Below the pieces are notes generated by a model. That model searched no databases, was not told where the DNA came from, and saw only the letters and a program-made list of their open reading frames with translations. A program made the position numbers and the translations under genes. From assembly GCA_965645245.1 (NCBI GenBank), contig OZ287067.1, positions 186,001-250,000 of the forward strand: a stretch of DNA of 64,000 bases. Reading direction: 5' to 3'. This DNA comes from Massalongia carnosa. Taxonomy: Eukaryota. Of the stretch, positions 10,889 to 21,934 are shown one piece after another (the stretch's first letter is position 1; the number at the start of each line of letters is the position of its first letter).

Positions 10889-11378
10889 TGTCATGGAATT
10901 ACCTCGCACCCTCCCACGTTTCCTGATCGGGTTAGTATTTAACAGGCTCTCTTGCCGTGAAACCTGCCCTGCATGTTGAATAGAACCGTGGCCCGTTATT
11001 CCGAACTATCCTGAAACCTCGCCCCATGTGTTCAGACGTTCTTCCGCTGCCTTCAGTGCACTCCCAAACTCCTATATCCCGAATCCAATCTCAACGTCTC
11101 CACTATCCAAGCCTACGACTGGGATTGCCCAGCAGAGAGAGATTGCTTCGGCATGGAGAAAGGCGGAACAGGTCAAAGCGATCATGGTTAGGAAATTAGA
11201 ACAGGAACAGAGATGAGGGCAAGTCAAGAATAGGGGAGTTAGAAGCCATGGCTATAAAACCTATGTGGTTTCTCAGGTGTTTGGAGCTCTTCGTCGGACG
11301 TCTTGTATACTATCCCTAGACCTAGCTTTCTAAATAGTAACTCTTGTATATCTCCCTATCTGGACCTTGTCCGTGACA
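10889..11378 (+). repeat. 5' LTR of G1 (490 bp)
   Basis: tgtcatgg...ccgtgaca; same family as the inverted solo LTR 27260-27748; TATAAAA at 11253. Confidence 0.92.
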
Positions 11379-11441
11379 TTACGTCCGACCTACATTCAAG
11401 TGTTTCTTTGTTTTCTCTTTCCCCTATAACGATTGTTAATC

Positions 11442-12657
11442 ATGTCTTTTCAAGAAGAAACCGCAAATCTGCCTCAGGAACCTGAGGTAGCCCAAAAGGA
11501 GCGAGAACATGTCAGCAATAACCCGGACGAGTTCATCGCCGCCTATCGAGACCTGGAACGACAATTAGCTGAGATTCGAAACGCGGTTCCTCCAGCCATT
11601 AATCAAACGTCTTCCAACCCATTATTGGCAACCCCGTCATCAACTCCTTCTCCTTCCGTTCCGAGCTCTCAGCTGGCCGCCATTATAGAACAGCTAATGA
11701 AACGACCAGCGTTTCCGCTCAGGTCCGAGAAACTTCCTGACATACCGGAGTATGATGGTGACGAGGACAAACTCGATGCTTGGGAACAGAATCTAATTCA
11801 AAAAATTCACATTAACCATGACCGATACTTTTCCGATGAGGCCAAGATAGCTTATGCGGAGAGCAGACTCACCATCAGCAAGCGAGCCCATCTGCCCATG
11901 ACTCCCTACCGGATAGATGGCTTATGCCGCCTAACCTCTTTTTCGGACTGGAGAGCGAAACTTCGTCTGGCCTGTGGTAACCCCTTCGAGCAAGAGGATG
12001 TCCGTAAATATTTTGCGAGACACCCTGAAACAGGGTAACCTAACCTTTGAGGAATATTACAACCTTTTCTCTCAGAAGAAGGAACGATCTAGAATGGAAG
12101 ACGCCTCCCTCATCGATGCGATGAAGGCCAACATCAACTATTCCACCCAAACAGCGGCCATCCATTATCGAGTTCCCGGAACTAATCAGGAGCCCGTCAC
12201 CTTCGACGAACATGTTGCAATGTGGTCCCAAACGGATCGAAAAATTCGTCAAATCAGGCATATCTCGCCACGCCAAGCCTCTGGAGCCTCAATTAGCAAC
12301 TCCTCAACTAAAAAGGGGGCATCCGTCGCCACCACCACTGCTGTTGTCAGGAGCCCTGCCCTCCGCTCCTCCACCATCGTCGTCGCTCCAGCCGTCACCC
12401 CTGCTGCGGTTCCTTCTCTTCCTGCAGGGGATCCGATGGACCTCAGCTCCGCCATGGCCGCTATGAAAGGCCAAAGCCTGAAAGTCCCCGGAGTCAGGGA
12501 ATTCTGCGAGCAATGGAGACTATGCTTCTACTGTAAGCAATCGCACCCTGGGAAGACCGCAATCGACTGTCCCAACAAGAAGGCCCCGTCTACTATTCGG
12601 TCTCTTATCCCTTACAACGACTCCGACGCCTCTGACGATGCAGCGGGAAAAGCCTGA
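11442..12657 (+). pseudogene. gag: G1 gag, one frameshift near 12015
   Basis: ORFs 11433..12038 and 11974..12657 together align with the uninterrupted G4 gag (SEKLPDI.EYDG, CFYCKQSHPGKTAIDC). Confidence 0.88.
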
Positions 12658-15600
12658 GCCCCGTATTCAGTCGCATACGAGGGCTTCGAAAGTCTGATTT
12701 ATTGATTTCTGCATGTCTCCTTTCTTCATCATTTTCACCCCCCCTAATGTCCAACGCTCGTTTTTCTGCAGCGTCCGCTTTAACCTTGTTTGAAAACGAT
12801 GAAACTTTCAAAGATAGCCATATGGTTGTCTCATGTATATTACGTCGTCTGCAAGCAAGGATAAGAGCTTTAATTCTCGTGGACTGTGGTGCATCAGGTT
12901 ACTCATTCATCAATAAAGAATTCGCGCACCTTCATCAATTCCCCCTTCACCCCCTTAAATACCCTCGCCGACTCCTAGGTTTCGATGGTCAGCCTGCTCT
13001 GACCGGAAACATCACCCATGTGGCAGAAGTAACCATGGATCTCAATGGACACATAGAGAAACTGTTCCTATATGTGACCGGATTAAGACATTACCCCATC
13101 GTCCTAGGACACCTATGGCTGCGTCGACATGGCGCTATCACTAACTTCGCCAATAATACCCTGTCATTATCCTCCCCATTTTGCCTAGCACATTGCTGTC
13201 CCGGCCCCGTAATGGTTCATTCAACCACCGCCGAGGAAGAACAGTTCCTTATGCCTGCCGAAAGTCAGAAGGTATGGGAGACTAAAGATCAAGAAAACAT
13301 TCTGCAATCTAGTCAAACAGAACCATCGAAATTTGACTTTCAGGCTGAAGACGGTCCCAGTCGAATCCTAACCGCCATGCAAAAAGGCGTCTCCCCTAGG
13401 ATCCGATACCGGTCCGGGAGCTACGTTCGTTTAGCACCTCGCCTACATACCTCAAACCCCCTGCCCAGTAAACTAACCGCGGTTGAATCCGCACCAACCT
13501 ACCCAGCCCAGCTTCGAGTCAGTGAGGTGAGCGCCGGCACATTCGACCGCCTCGCAAGACAGAAGGACCACGAGATATTCAGTATCTCCCTACAAGAAAT
13601 AGACCGGTTCTTAGGTATAGAATCGCCTTTAAAACCCCCTAGCCCTAGCTCCAGGTCATCTATTAAGTTAATAGCAACCCAAGTTTTCCCCCCTTTTAAC
13701 ACTAAGGCCTGTCCAAGTGATAAGGACATGCACCTAGCCATTTGCAGAATGCACAATGAACTCACCCTAGAAAGCTCCGTCACTCAAGAAGAACTTGAGC
13801 ACGTTCGGCAGCAAAAGAACGTTGACCCGGCACCTCTGCTTCCAAAGCAATACCACGACTACCTAGATGTCTTTTCCAAGAAAGGAGTCCGATAAACTAC
13901 CGGAACACCGCTCCCATGATCACGCCATCGTCTTAAAAGAAGGTTTTCAACCACCTAATCAAGCTCTTTACGGGATGAGTCGTGATGAGATCCAGAAACT
14001 TCGTCGTTATCTAGATGAGAATCTCACCAAAGGATTCATTCGATCTAGCCGCTCACATGCAGCCTCCCCGGTTATGTTTGTTAAGAAGCCCGGCGGAGGA
14101 CTTCGATTCTGCGTTGACTACCGAGGACTAAACGCTGTCACCATAAAAAATCGTTATCCAATACCTCTAATCACCGAGACCCTCAACCGTTTGTGCAAAG
14201 CCAAGATATTTACCAAGTTGGATATTATATCAGCATTCAATCGCCTGTGAATCAAAGAGGGAGACGAAGAACTTACTGCTTTCCGGACTCGTTTCGGTCT
14301 CTACGAATATCTTGTCATGCCTTTCGGTCTGTGCAACGGACCTGCCTCGTTTCAACATTTTATCAATGACACCCTGAGGGAATACCTAGATAGATTCTGC
14401 ACCGCGTATCTAGATGACATCCTCATCTATAGTGATGACGAAATCGAACATGCCCTACATGTAAAACAAGTCCTTGTCAAACTCAGAGAGGCCGGACTCC
14501 AAGCGGACATCACCAAGTGCGCCTTCGGAGTCACCGAGGTCCCCTATTTGGGTCTCATCGTCACTACTAAGGGAGTCAAGATGGATCCTGCCAAGATCGA
14601 TACCGTCATCAATTGGCCTGCGCCCGTTAACGTTAGGGATGTTCAAAGCTTTCTAGGATTCGCCAATTTCTACAGGCGTTTCGTATTTGGGTTCAGTAAA
14701 ATAGCCTCGCCGTTGACGAACCTAACCAAGAAGGGAACGAAATTCTCCTGGACTAGTGATTGTCAGCAAACCTTCAATACGATGAAAAAGGCATTTACCT
14801 CCGATCTTATTCTCATGCACTTTGATCCAGACAAGAAAATCGTGGTCGAAACGGACGCCTCCGACTTTGTATCGGCGGGTATCCTATCGCAATATGATGA
14901 AAAAGATATCTTGCGTCCCGTCGCATACTTCTCGAAAAAGCATAACCCTGCCGAGTGTAACTATGAGATCTATGACAAAGAACTCATGGCCATAGTTCGA
15001 GCTTTCGAGGAATGGAGACCTGAACTAGAAGGCTCCGCCCAACCCATCGATGTTATTTCAGACCATAAGAACCTGGAATATTTCACCTCTACCAAGCTTT
15101 TGAGTCGGCGCCAGGCCCGATGGAGTGAGTTTCTAGCTCGATTCGACTATAAGATAGTCTACCGACCTGGGAGAGCCGGCGGTAAACCGGATGCCCTAAC
15201 TCGACGGTCAGGAGACCTCCCTGAAGAAGGGGATGAAACCGATGAGCGGAACTCATTTCAGCATCAGACGATACTGAAAACGCATAACCTAGACGACGGA
15301 GTAGCCGAGAGCTTCAATTCAACCGTGGTTGGAACCTCCCCAGACCCCATAGTGCTCGCTCCTGCTATTCTTGATCAAGAACAAGATCTTGACGAGGATG
15401 ATGACACAGAAACGGATCATGAAGAACCCCAACTAGATTTAGTTACTGATCAGCTAAACCCCGACGATGACCCAATGGACGTGGCCACTCAGGACCTTTG
15501 GAACCGAGCCTTGGATAGGGATAAGTTTTCACCCCGTGTTCTAGAAATGCTTCGAAACGGATCGAGATATCATAGCGGCATACAACTAGCAGAGTGCGAA

Positions 15601-16274
15601 GACAGAAATGGGATTTGTACTTCAGAAATCGACAATACGTCACAAATCAGATAGCCTTCGCCTAAGAATCCTACAACTCGCTCACAATAGTGTTGCAGGT
15701 GGACACCCAGGCCGTGCCAAATGTTATGAACTCATCAGTCGCTCTTATTGGTGGCCTAGCATGCACAAAACGGTGCAACGATTCGTCAGAAACTGCCATG
15801 TCTGCAAAAGAGCCAAACCCTCCCGTGAACGTTATCAGGGGTGGCTTAGGCCCTTACCTCCACCTGAGCGTCGCTGGCGCGATGTTGCTATGGATTATGT
15901 CGGACCCCTCTCGGCTAGCACCTTCATGGGAATCACCTATCGGTACATTCTAGTTTTCATAGATCGCCTAACCAAGATGCGCCATCTGGCTCCAGTCACA
16001 TCCATGGAAGTCGAAGAAGCCGTAGATGCCTTCTATCAGAATGTATGGAAGCATCATGTCAGGGTCCTGAGGTCACCTGACATCAGACTAGCATCGATTA
16101 GGTAATGTGCCGAGGAACCGACTTTTCAGGGGTTATATAGAACTCCGCCCGAGTAAAGCTTTTGGACTTCGTCTGAAGATTTTGGTGTAGAACTAGGCTA
16201 TTGAAATTGAACTCGTTTTATCCCTCACACAATCTTCAGACCTACAATCAGAATCATTAGGCTAATCAGAAAAC

Positions 16275-17867
16275 ATGAACTCATTAGAATCATCCAGCAG
16301 AGATGTCGCTCCCTCGGGGCCGGCCTTCAACACTAGAGCTCGCTCCATGTCGCGACAATCGACACAGAGCATACCAGGCGAATATGAACCCGCCGACGAA
16401 GAGGTGGGAAATGACACTGTTTTGCCGACAAACAAAGACAAAGGCAGGGAACCGAAGATCGAGGCCCCGACCTCAGAACCGAAAATCGACATAAGCAATT
16501 ATGCCATTTATCGAAGTCTGACGGAAAGCAATCCGTCGAAATCAGCTATGATCATCAAGGTGGCCAATCGAGAAGAGTTGAGAAGGGCCCTCGTCCTAAA
16601 GGGAGACGGCGACATATGGTACACTGTTCTAGCCGGCACGCTCCTACAACATGAGGTCTTGATCGAGAAATATCAGGACTTGAAAAAAAGAAACAAAGAT
16701 CTAAAAGGTCTACAGGCAGAATGGACCCGAATGATAAAGAGCTGGGATCACGAGAGACTAGTATTTGAGGAGGATATCGCGGCTGAAAAATTGGAGACTC
16801 AGAAGGTCAAAGCGGAAAACTCGGACCTCATTCGTGAAATATCAGAGATGAAACGTCTAGCTCGCGAAGCTACTCAGACGTCGACCTCATCGACTGGTCA
16901 AACTGAAGATCAATCCGCCGTCGCTGCCCCCTTAAGCAATTATCGACCCAAAGGCACCAACCCGAAGGAGGCCCTCGACGGTTCCAACTCAGACGCCTAT
17001 AGTGCATGGGCGTTTACGGTGGAAAGAAAAATCAGAACCGACTCCCCAATGTACACTAGTGAGGAGTTGAAAATCGACTACGCCTTATCGCAGATGAAGG
17101 ATCCCATTTTCGACGCCATACACACCTGGGTAGTGGATGCCGGTCCCACTCTCTCTTTGAATACGTTCTTCAAGGAAATTGAGAGCTATCTCGGGATAGC
17201 ATATTTGACAAAGGACGCGAAGAAGGAATTGAAAGAAATAAGCATGAACAAAGATGAAACGGTGACTGAATACTATCATCGAATGTTCAAACTCTGGCAA
17301 CGTGCAAAAACCCCCGCGGATGAGAGAATTGAGACGTTCAAGGACACCCTGCGGCCGAACATCGCGCTGTCTCTATTGGGACGGGACTTCATCAGTCTAG
17401 AAACCCTCTTGCATGAAGCCAGGAAAATCGAACAGGGAAGAAAGGAGATGAATCAGAAGTACGCGAAGTCGGAATCTCAGAAGCCCGCGAAAACGACGAC
17501 TTCTCCTTCTTCTTCCGTCGGTCGTGGTTTAAACAAAACCACGACCGCCACCTCCAGTACCTCGATCACAGTCAAACCAAAAGCGACTACGACCAACTCC
17601 GCCATCTCCGCCAACCCGAACTCGAAATTCGGACAGGTCTCGACCAAACCGGAAGGATGGGTAGGAGCTTGGTACGAGGGGACGCTTCACCCGCCCAAGT
17701 TGGAGGACGGGGAACGAGAGACTCTGTCACGACAGGGCCGATGTTGGTCGTGCAGAGGATCAGGGCATAGGGGCCGAGACCCCTGTTGCATTAGGCAAGC
17801 AGTGAATCTCAGTAGAGTCGCCATTCGAGAAGACTCATCCGAGTCCGAGGACTCGGAAAAAGAATGA
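16275..17867 (+). CDS. gag: G2 Gag (530 aa)
   Basis: Coiled coil, retrotransposon gag core, knuckle CWSCRGSGHRGRDPCC. Confidence 0.92.
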   Translation: MNSLESSSRDVAPSGPAFNTRARSMSRQSTQSIPGEYEPADEEVGNDTVLPTNKDKGREPKIEAPTSEPKIDISNYAIYRSLTESNPSKSAMIIKVANREELRRALVLKGDGDIWYTVLAGTLLQHEVLIEKYQDLKKRNKDLKGLQAEWTRMIKSWDHERLVFEEDIAAEKLETQKVKAENSDLIREISEMKRLAREATQTSTSSTGQTEDQSAVAAPLSNYRPKGTNPKEALDGSNSDAYSAWAFTVERKIRTDSPMYTSEELKIDYALSQMKDPIFDAIHTWVVDAGPTLSLNTFFKEIESYLGIAYLTKDAKKELKEISMNKDETVTEYYHRMFKLWQRAKTPADERIETFKDTLRPNIALSLLGRDFISLETLLHEARKIEQGRKEMNQKYAKSESQKPAKTTTSPSSSVGRGLNKTTTATSSTSITVKPKATTTNSAISANPNSKFGQVSTKPEGWVGAWYEGTLHPPKLEDGERETLSRQGRCWSCRGSGHRGRDPCCIRQAVNLSRVAIREDSSESEDSEKE

Positions 17868-20800
17868 TTCCTGATGATAGTCGCCATCAGGAATGTCGAG
17901 AAGTTTCATTAAGGGTTGTTAGAGCATCTGTTCTTTCTGTCGATCATCTCGTTCCGGGCAAGCATCTTTTATTTAGATGTAGTATAGCCTCTAATGAAAA
18001 TCAGCTGATGATCGATAACGGAAGTGAAGCTCAATTTCTTCATGAATCCTTTGCGCGCAAAAGAAAACTAGAGACCATTAGACTAAAAAAAAGAGACAGG
18101 GTCAGACTGGAACTTGGGGATGGAAAAGTCCATCAAATCATTGATAAGGCCGTTATCGTTCCCGTCAGAATCGGAGATCATGAGGAAAAGTTATTCTGCT
18201 ATCTGGCCGACATAGGTAATCATACCTTGATCATCGGTGATGGATGGCTGCAGGAGCATAACCCTCACATTGATTGGGTTGAACGCACCATGACGTTCTC
18301 CAATCGGTGCGTCAGTAAGGGATGCGCACCTCGATCTCATTCAGTCTCAAAATTTGAATCCACAATCTTGGAGAAGGAAACGACTGCCTCAGCAAAGAAC
18401 GAGGCCTTTGAAAATTTCGATATTCAGTCCCTCACCCCGAAGCGATTTATGAAACTTCTTCGAAGATCGGGTCATCAGACTTACTGTTTCTATCCGAGGG
18501 AAAAGCTCAACAAGAAGTTAGATAGGTACGAGAAGAAGCTTCTGACTGCTTCAAGTATCAACGCAGTCACCAGCGACGATGATGAGAAGTTCATGAAAGA
18601 CAAAGTCGAATATACTCTGGAAGAATTGAAAAAACGAGTACCCGAGGCCTATCATGGCGAGATTGAAGTCTTCATGAGGGCTAAGGCAGACGAGTTGGCA
18701 CCTCATCGAAAAGAGGATCACGAAATCAATTTGATGCCCGGGATCGAGCCCCCGTTCATCAAGAATTATCGGCCCATGTCCGAACAGGAATTGACCGCGG
18801 TAAGAAAATATCTAGATGAGCACTTAGCAAAAGGGTTTATTCGTCCAAGCTCGTCAAAGGCGGCCGCGCCGGTACTATTGGTCAGGAAACCAGGCGGGGG
18901 TCTTCGCTTTTGCGTAGATTATCGAGATCTGAATAATATCACGGAGAAAAGTCGATACCCCATTCCATTGATCAGCGAGACATTGGCGAAACTCGCCAAA
19001 GCAAAGTGGTTTACTAAATTGGACGTCATTCATGCATTCAATAGGATGAGGCTTAAAGAGGGACAAGAGTGGCTCACGGCGTTCAATACTCGATACGGTC
19101 AATTTGAATATCTTGTGATGCCCTTCGGACTATGCAACGCTCCATCAACATTTCAGAACTATATCAATAACTCCCTGCGAGAATACTTAGATTATTTCGT
19201 CACCGCCTATCTGGACGACGTACTGGTGTTCAGTGAAACAGAGACGGAGCACATCGAGCAGGTACTGAAGGTACTTCGTCGTCTGAAAGAAAGAGGACTT
19301 CAACTGGACATAGACAAGTGTGAATTCTCTGTCTCCGAAGTCAAGTACCTCGGAATGTTCGTGGGAGTGAATGGCGTTAGAATGGACCCAGAAAAGGTGA
19401 CGGCCATACTAGAATGGAAGACGCCCGCGTCAGTAAAAGAGGTGCAGTCCTTTCTTGGATTCGCTAACTTCTATCGTCGCTTCATTGAGCGATTCTCCGA
19501 AAAGGTGAAGTGTCTGACCGAGCTAACCCGCGGAGAGCAATATGTCACGAAAGGCGGAAAGAGACGCACCAAGTATCAAGACTTCGTGTGGACCACTGAA
19601 TGTCAGCAAGCTTTCGAAGACATGAAGATTTCTTTTACCTCTGCGCCGATTCTTGCTCATTACGACCCAAGGCTAGAGACCTGGGTGGAGACAGACGCAT
19701 CTGACTTCGTAGTATCGGGGATACTCTCTCAGATGCATGAAGGCGTTCTGAAACCCGTGGCTTATTTCTCGAAGAAGATGAGCCCCGCCGAATGCAATTA
19801 TGAGATCTACGATAAAGAACTCCTAGCCATCGTAGAAAGTTTCGTCATCTGGAGACCGGAGCTAGCGGGAGTGGAGCAATCAACAAAGGTCTACTCAGAT
19901 CATAAGAATCTGGAGACCTTCATGACTTTGAAACAACTAAATCGCCGTCAAGTGCGTTGGGCTGAGATGCTGGCGGAATATAATTTTCGCATTATGTATA
20001 GACCAGGCAAGCAAGGGGGCAAACCGGACGCCCTCACCAGAAGAGAGCAAGATCTGCCGATGGACGCGGAGGATGATCGCACCAGATATCAATATCAGGT
20101 GCTGCTAAAAGAAAATCAGCTGGACGATGAAGTGAAACAGGACCTGAAGCTGTACGTGACAACCAGATCCATGGCCAATCGAGAACGGGTTGAAGACAAC
20201 ATTACTACTGACTCATCCGATCAAATCAGGGATGAGGAAGTAGAGGACTTGACGGTAGAGGAGTTCACAATCAATTCGAATGATGATTCGGATGCAGAAA
20301 AGCCTGATGAATTATTAGAAAATCTTTTAGCGGAGGCATATCAAGAAGACACAATGATTCAGGAAGTCATGAAGGCTAAGTTGGAAAATCTGAAGAAATT
20401 GCCCGATAAAATTCTAAGCAACGGGCTGAGACTGGCGATGGGTGACTTGGAAGTCCGTCACGAAAGACTATACTACAAAACACGCCTCTTCATTCCGAAT
20501 TTCGACAAGCTGAAGCTGCGTCTTTTATCGGATCATCATAATCCCCCGATGCAAGGACACCCCGGGTATCGAGGCATGTATGCCAAAATGCTGGAGAACT
20601 ATTTCTGGATGTCCATGAAGGATGATTGTCGAAGATACGCTACTAACTGCTCTACATGCCGAAGGTCCAAGGCGTACAAGGATCAGAAACAGGGACTATT
20701 AGCCCCACTACCCATACCTCAAAGAAAATGGACAGACTTATCTCTGGACTTTGTAGTCAAACTGCCCAAATGTCACAGACGGGGCCGGACGTACGAAAAT

Positions 20801-21934
20801 ATCTTGGTTATCGTGGACAGATTGACCAAACGTAGGTTGTACGAACCTATGGTGGATATAGGCACGAAGGACGTACTAGAAGTCTTCAAACGTCGGGTCT
20901 TTTCAACATACGGCTTGCCAAACTCCATCGTCCACGATCGCGGGACGCAATTGACAGCCCATCTGTGGAAGCGAATTTGTCAGCGATTAGGAGTCAAATC
21001 GAAACCGTCCTCCGCGCATCATCCAGAAACAGATGGTCAAACCGAAAATGCGAATAAGGTTATGAAGAACTACCTGAGAGCATACGTCAGACATGCTCAA
21101 GACGACTGGGTGGACTACTTACCAGATGCCGAATTTGCAGTCAATAATCATACGAACGCTTCAACCGGAATGTCCCCCTTCTTCGCTGATCACGGTTATC
21201 ACCCTCGTAGTGGCTCGGAGCCGCCTCAGCCTTTTGACTCAAATGTCACCGGACGCGCGGAACTGATGTCGGCAGACAAAATAACCGCCCGACAAGAAGC
21301 CATGACCAAATGGCTTATCGAGCACCTAACCTGGGCACAGGCAGATCAGATGAGATATGCCAATGAGTCGCGGGCCCCACATCCAGACTACAAGATAGGA
21401 AACATGGTATATGTCAACACCAAAGATTTCTCCGTCGACAAGCAGAGTCGCTCCCTGAGTTCCAAAAACGCGGGGCCATGGAAAATCATCCGAAACATAG
21501 ATAACAAGGCCTATGAATTGGAAATTCCCGAACACTTGAAAAGAGTGGGGCTCACACCCATATTTCATCCATGGAAACTTCATCTGGCTCCTACGAACCC
21601 ATTCCCCGGTCAACTTATTGAACCGGGTCCCCCGATACTGATTCAAGAAGACGCCGAATCCAGTCTTCATGAAGAATATGAAGTCCTCGAAATCGTCGAC
21701 TGCCGTGAAACTAAGAAATACGGCACTCAGTATAAAGCAACCTATATCGGCTCATGGGATGACTGGAACGCAAACCCACCTTGGCAGCCATGGACTGATT
21801 TCATTCGCGCCAAAGAAGAAATCAGAAAATTTCATACAGACAATAAAGGAAAACCCAACGCCCCAAAGGATGTCCTATTCATGAATAACAGTCAACCATC
21901 GACGTCCGGAGCCGCCGTCTCAGAGGAGGGGTAG
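17864..21934 (+). CDS. pol: G2 Pol (PR-RT-RNase H-IN-chromodomain), in the -1 frame relative to gag
   Basis: MIDNGSE, YLDDVLVFS, ETDASD, H..GHPG..C..C, DRGTQL, HPETDGQTE, GPW, C-terminal EYEVLEIVD..WQP. Confidence 0.95.
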   Translation: MIPDDSRHQECREVSLRVVRASVLSVDHLVPGKHLLFRCSIASNENQLMIDNGSEAQFLHESFARKRKLETIRLKKRDRVRLELGDGKVHQIIDKAVIVPVRIGDHEEKLFCYLADIGNHTLIIGDGWLQEHNPHIDWVERTMTFSNRCVSKGCAPRSHSVSKFESTILEKETTASAKNEAFENFDIQSLTPKRFMKLLRRSGHQTYCFYPREKLNKKLDRYEKKLLTASSINAVTSDDDEKFMKDKVEYTLEELKKRVPEAYHGEIEVFMRAKADELAPHRKEDHEINLMPGIEPPFIKNYRPMSEQELTAVRKYLDEHLAKGFIRPSSSKAAAPVLLVRKPGGGLRFCVDYRDLNNITEKSRYPIPLISETLAKLAKAKWFTKLDVIHAFNRMRLKEGQEWLTAFNTRYGQFEYLVMPFGLCNAPSTFQNYINNSLREYLDYFVTAYLDDVLVFSETETEHIEQVLKVLRRLKERGLQLDIDKCEFSVSEVKYLGMFVGVNGVRMDPEKVTAILEWKTPASVKEVQSFLGFANFYRRFIERFSEKVKCLTELTRGEQYVTKGGKRRTKYQDFVWTTECQQAFEDMKISFTSAPILAHYDPRLETWVETDASDFVVSGILSQMHEGVLKPVAYFSKKMSPAECNYEIYDKELLAIVESFVIWRPELAGVEQSTKVYSDHKNLETFMTLKQLNRRQVRWAEMLAEYNFRIMYRPGKQGGKPDALTRREQDLPMDAEDDRTRYQYQVLLKENQLDDEVKQDLKLYVTTRSMANRERVEDNITTDSSDQIRDEEVEDLTVEEFTINSNDDSDAEKPDELLENLLAEAYQEDTMIQEVMKAKLENLKKLPDKILSNGLRLAMGDLEVRHERLYYKTRLFIPNFDKLKLRLLSDHHNPPMQGHPGYRGMYAKMLENYFWMSMKDDCRRYATNCSTCRRSKAYKDQKQGLLAPLPIPQRKWTDLSLDFVVKLPKCHRRGRTYENILVIVDRLTKRRLYEPMVDIGTKDVLEVFKRRVFSTYGLPNSIVHDRGTQLTAHLWKRICQRLGVKSKPSSAHHPETDGQTENANKVMKNYLRAYVRHAQDDWVDYLPDAEFAVNNHTNASTGMSPFFADHGYHPRSGSEPPQPFDSNVTGRAELMSADKITARQEAMTKWLIEHLTWAQADQMRYANESRAPHPDYKIGNMVYVNTKDFSVDKQSRSLSSKNAGPWKIIRNIDNKAYELEIPEHLKRVGLTPIFHPWKLHLAPTNPFPGQLIEPGPPILIQEDAESSLHEEYEVLEIVDCRETKKYGTQYKATYIGSWDDWNANPPWQPWTDFIRAKEEIRKFHTDNKGKPNAPKDVLFMNNSQPSTSGAAVSEEG

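Noticed and set aside
11028..11216. Duplicated 62-aa ORF (also 27421..27609)
   Set aside because: Lies within copies of the same LTR, has a non-ATG start and no recognisable motif.
17864..17867. ATGA stop-start reinitiation for G2 pol
   Set aside because: The slippery run and hairpin shared with G1, G3 and G4 explain expression better; the other three lack the overlap.
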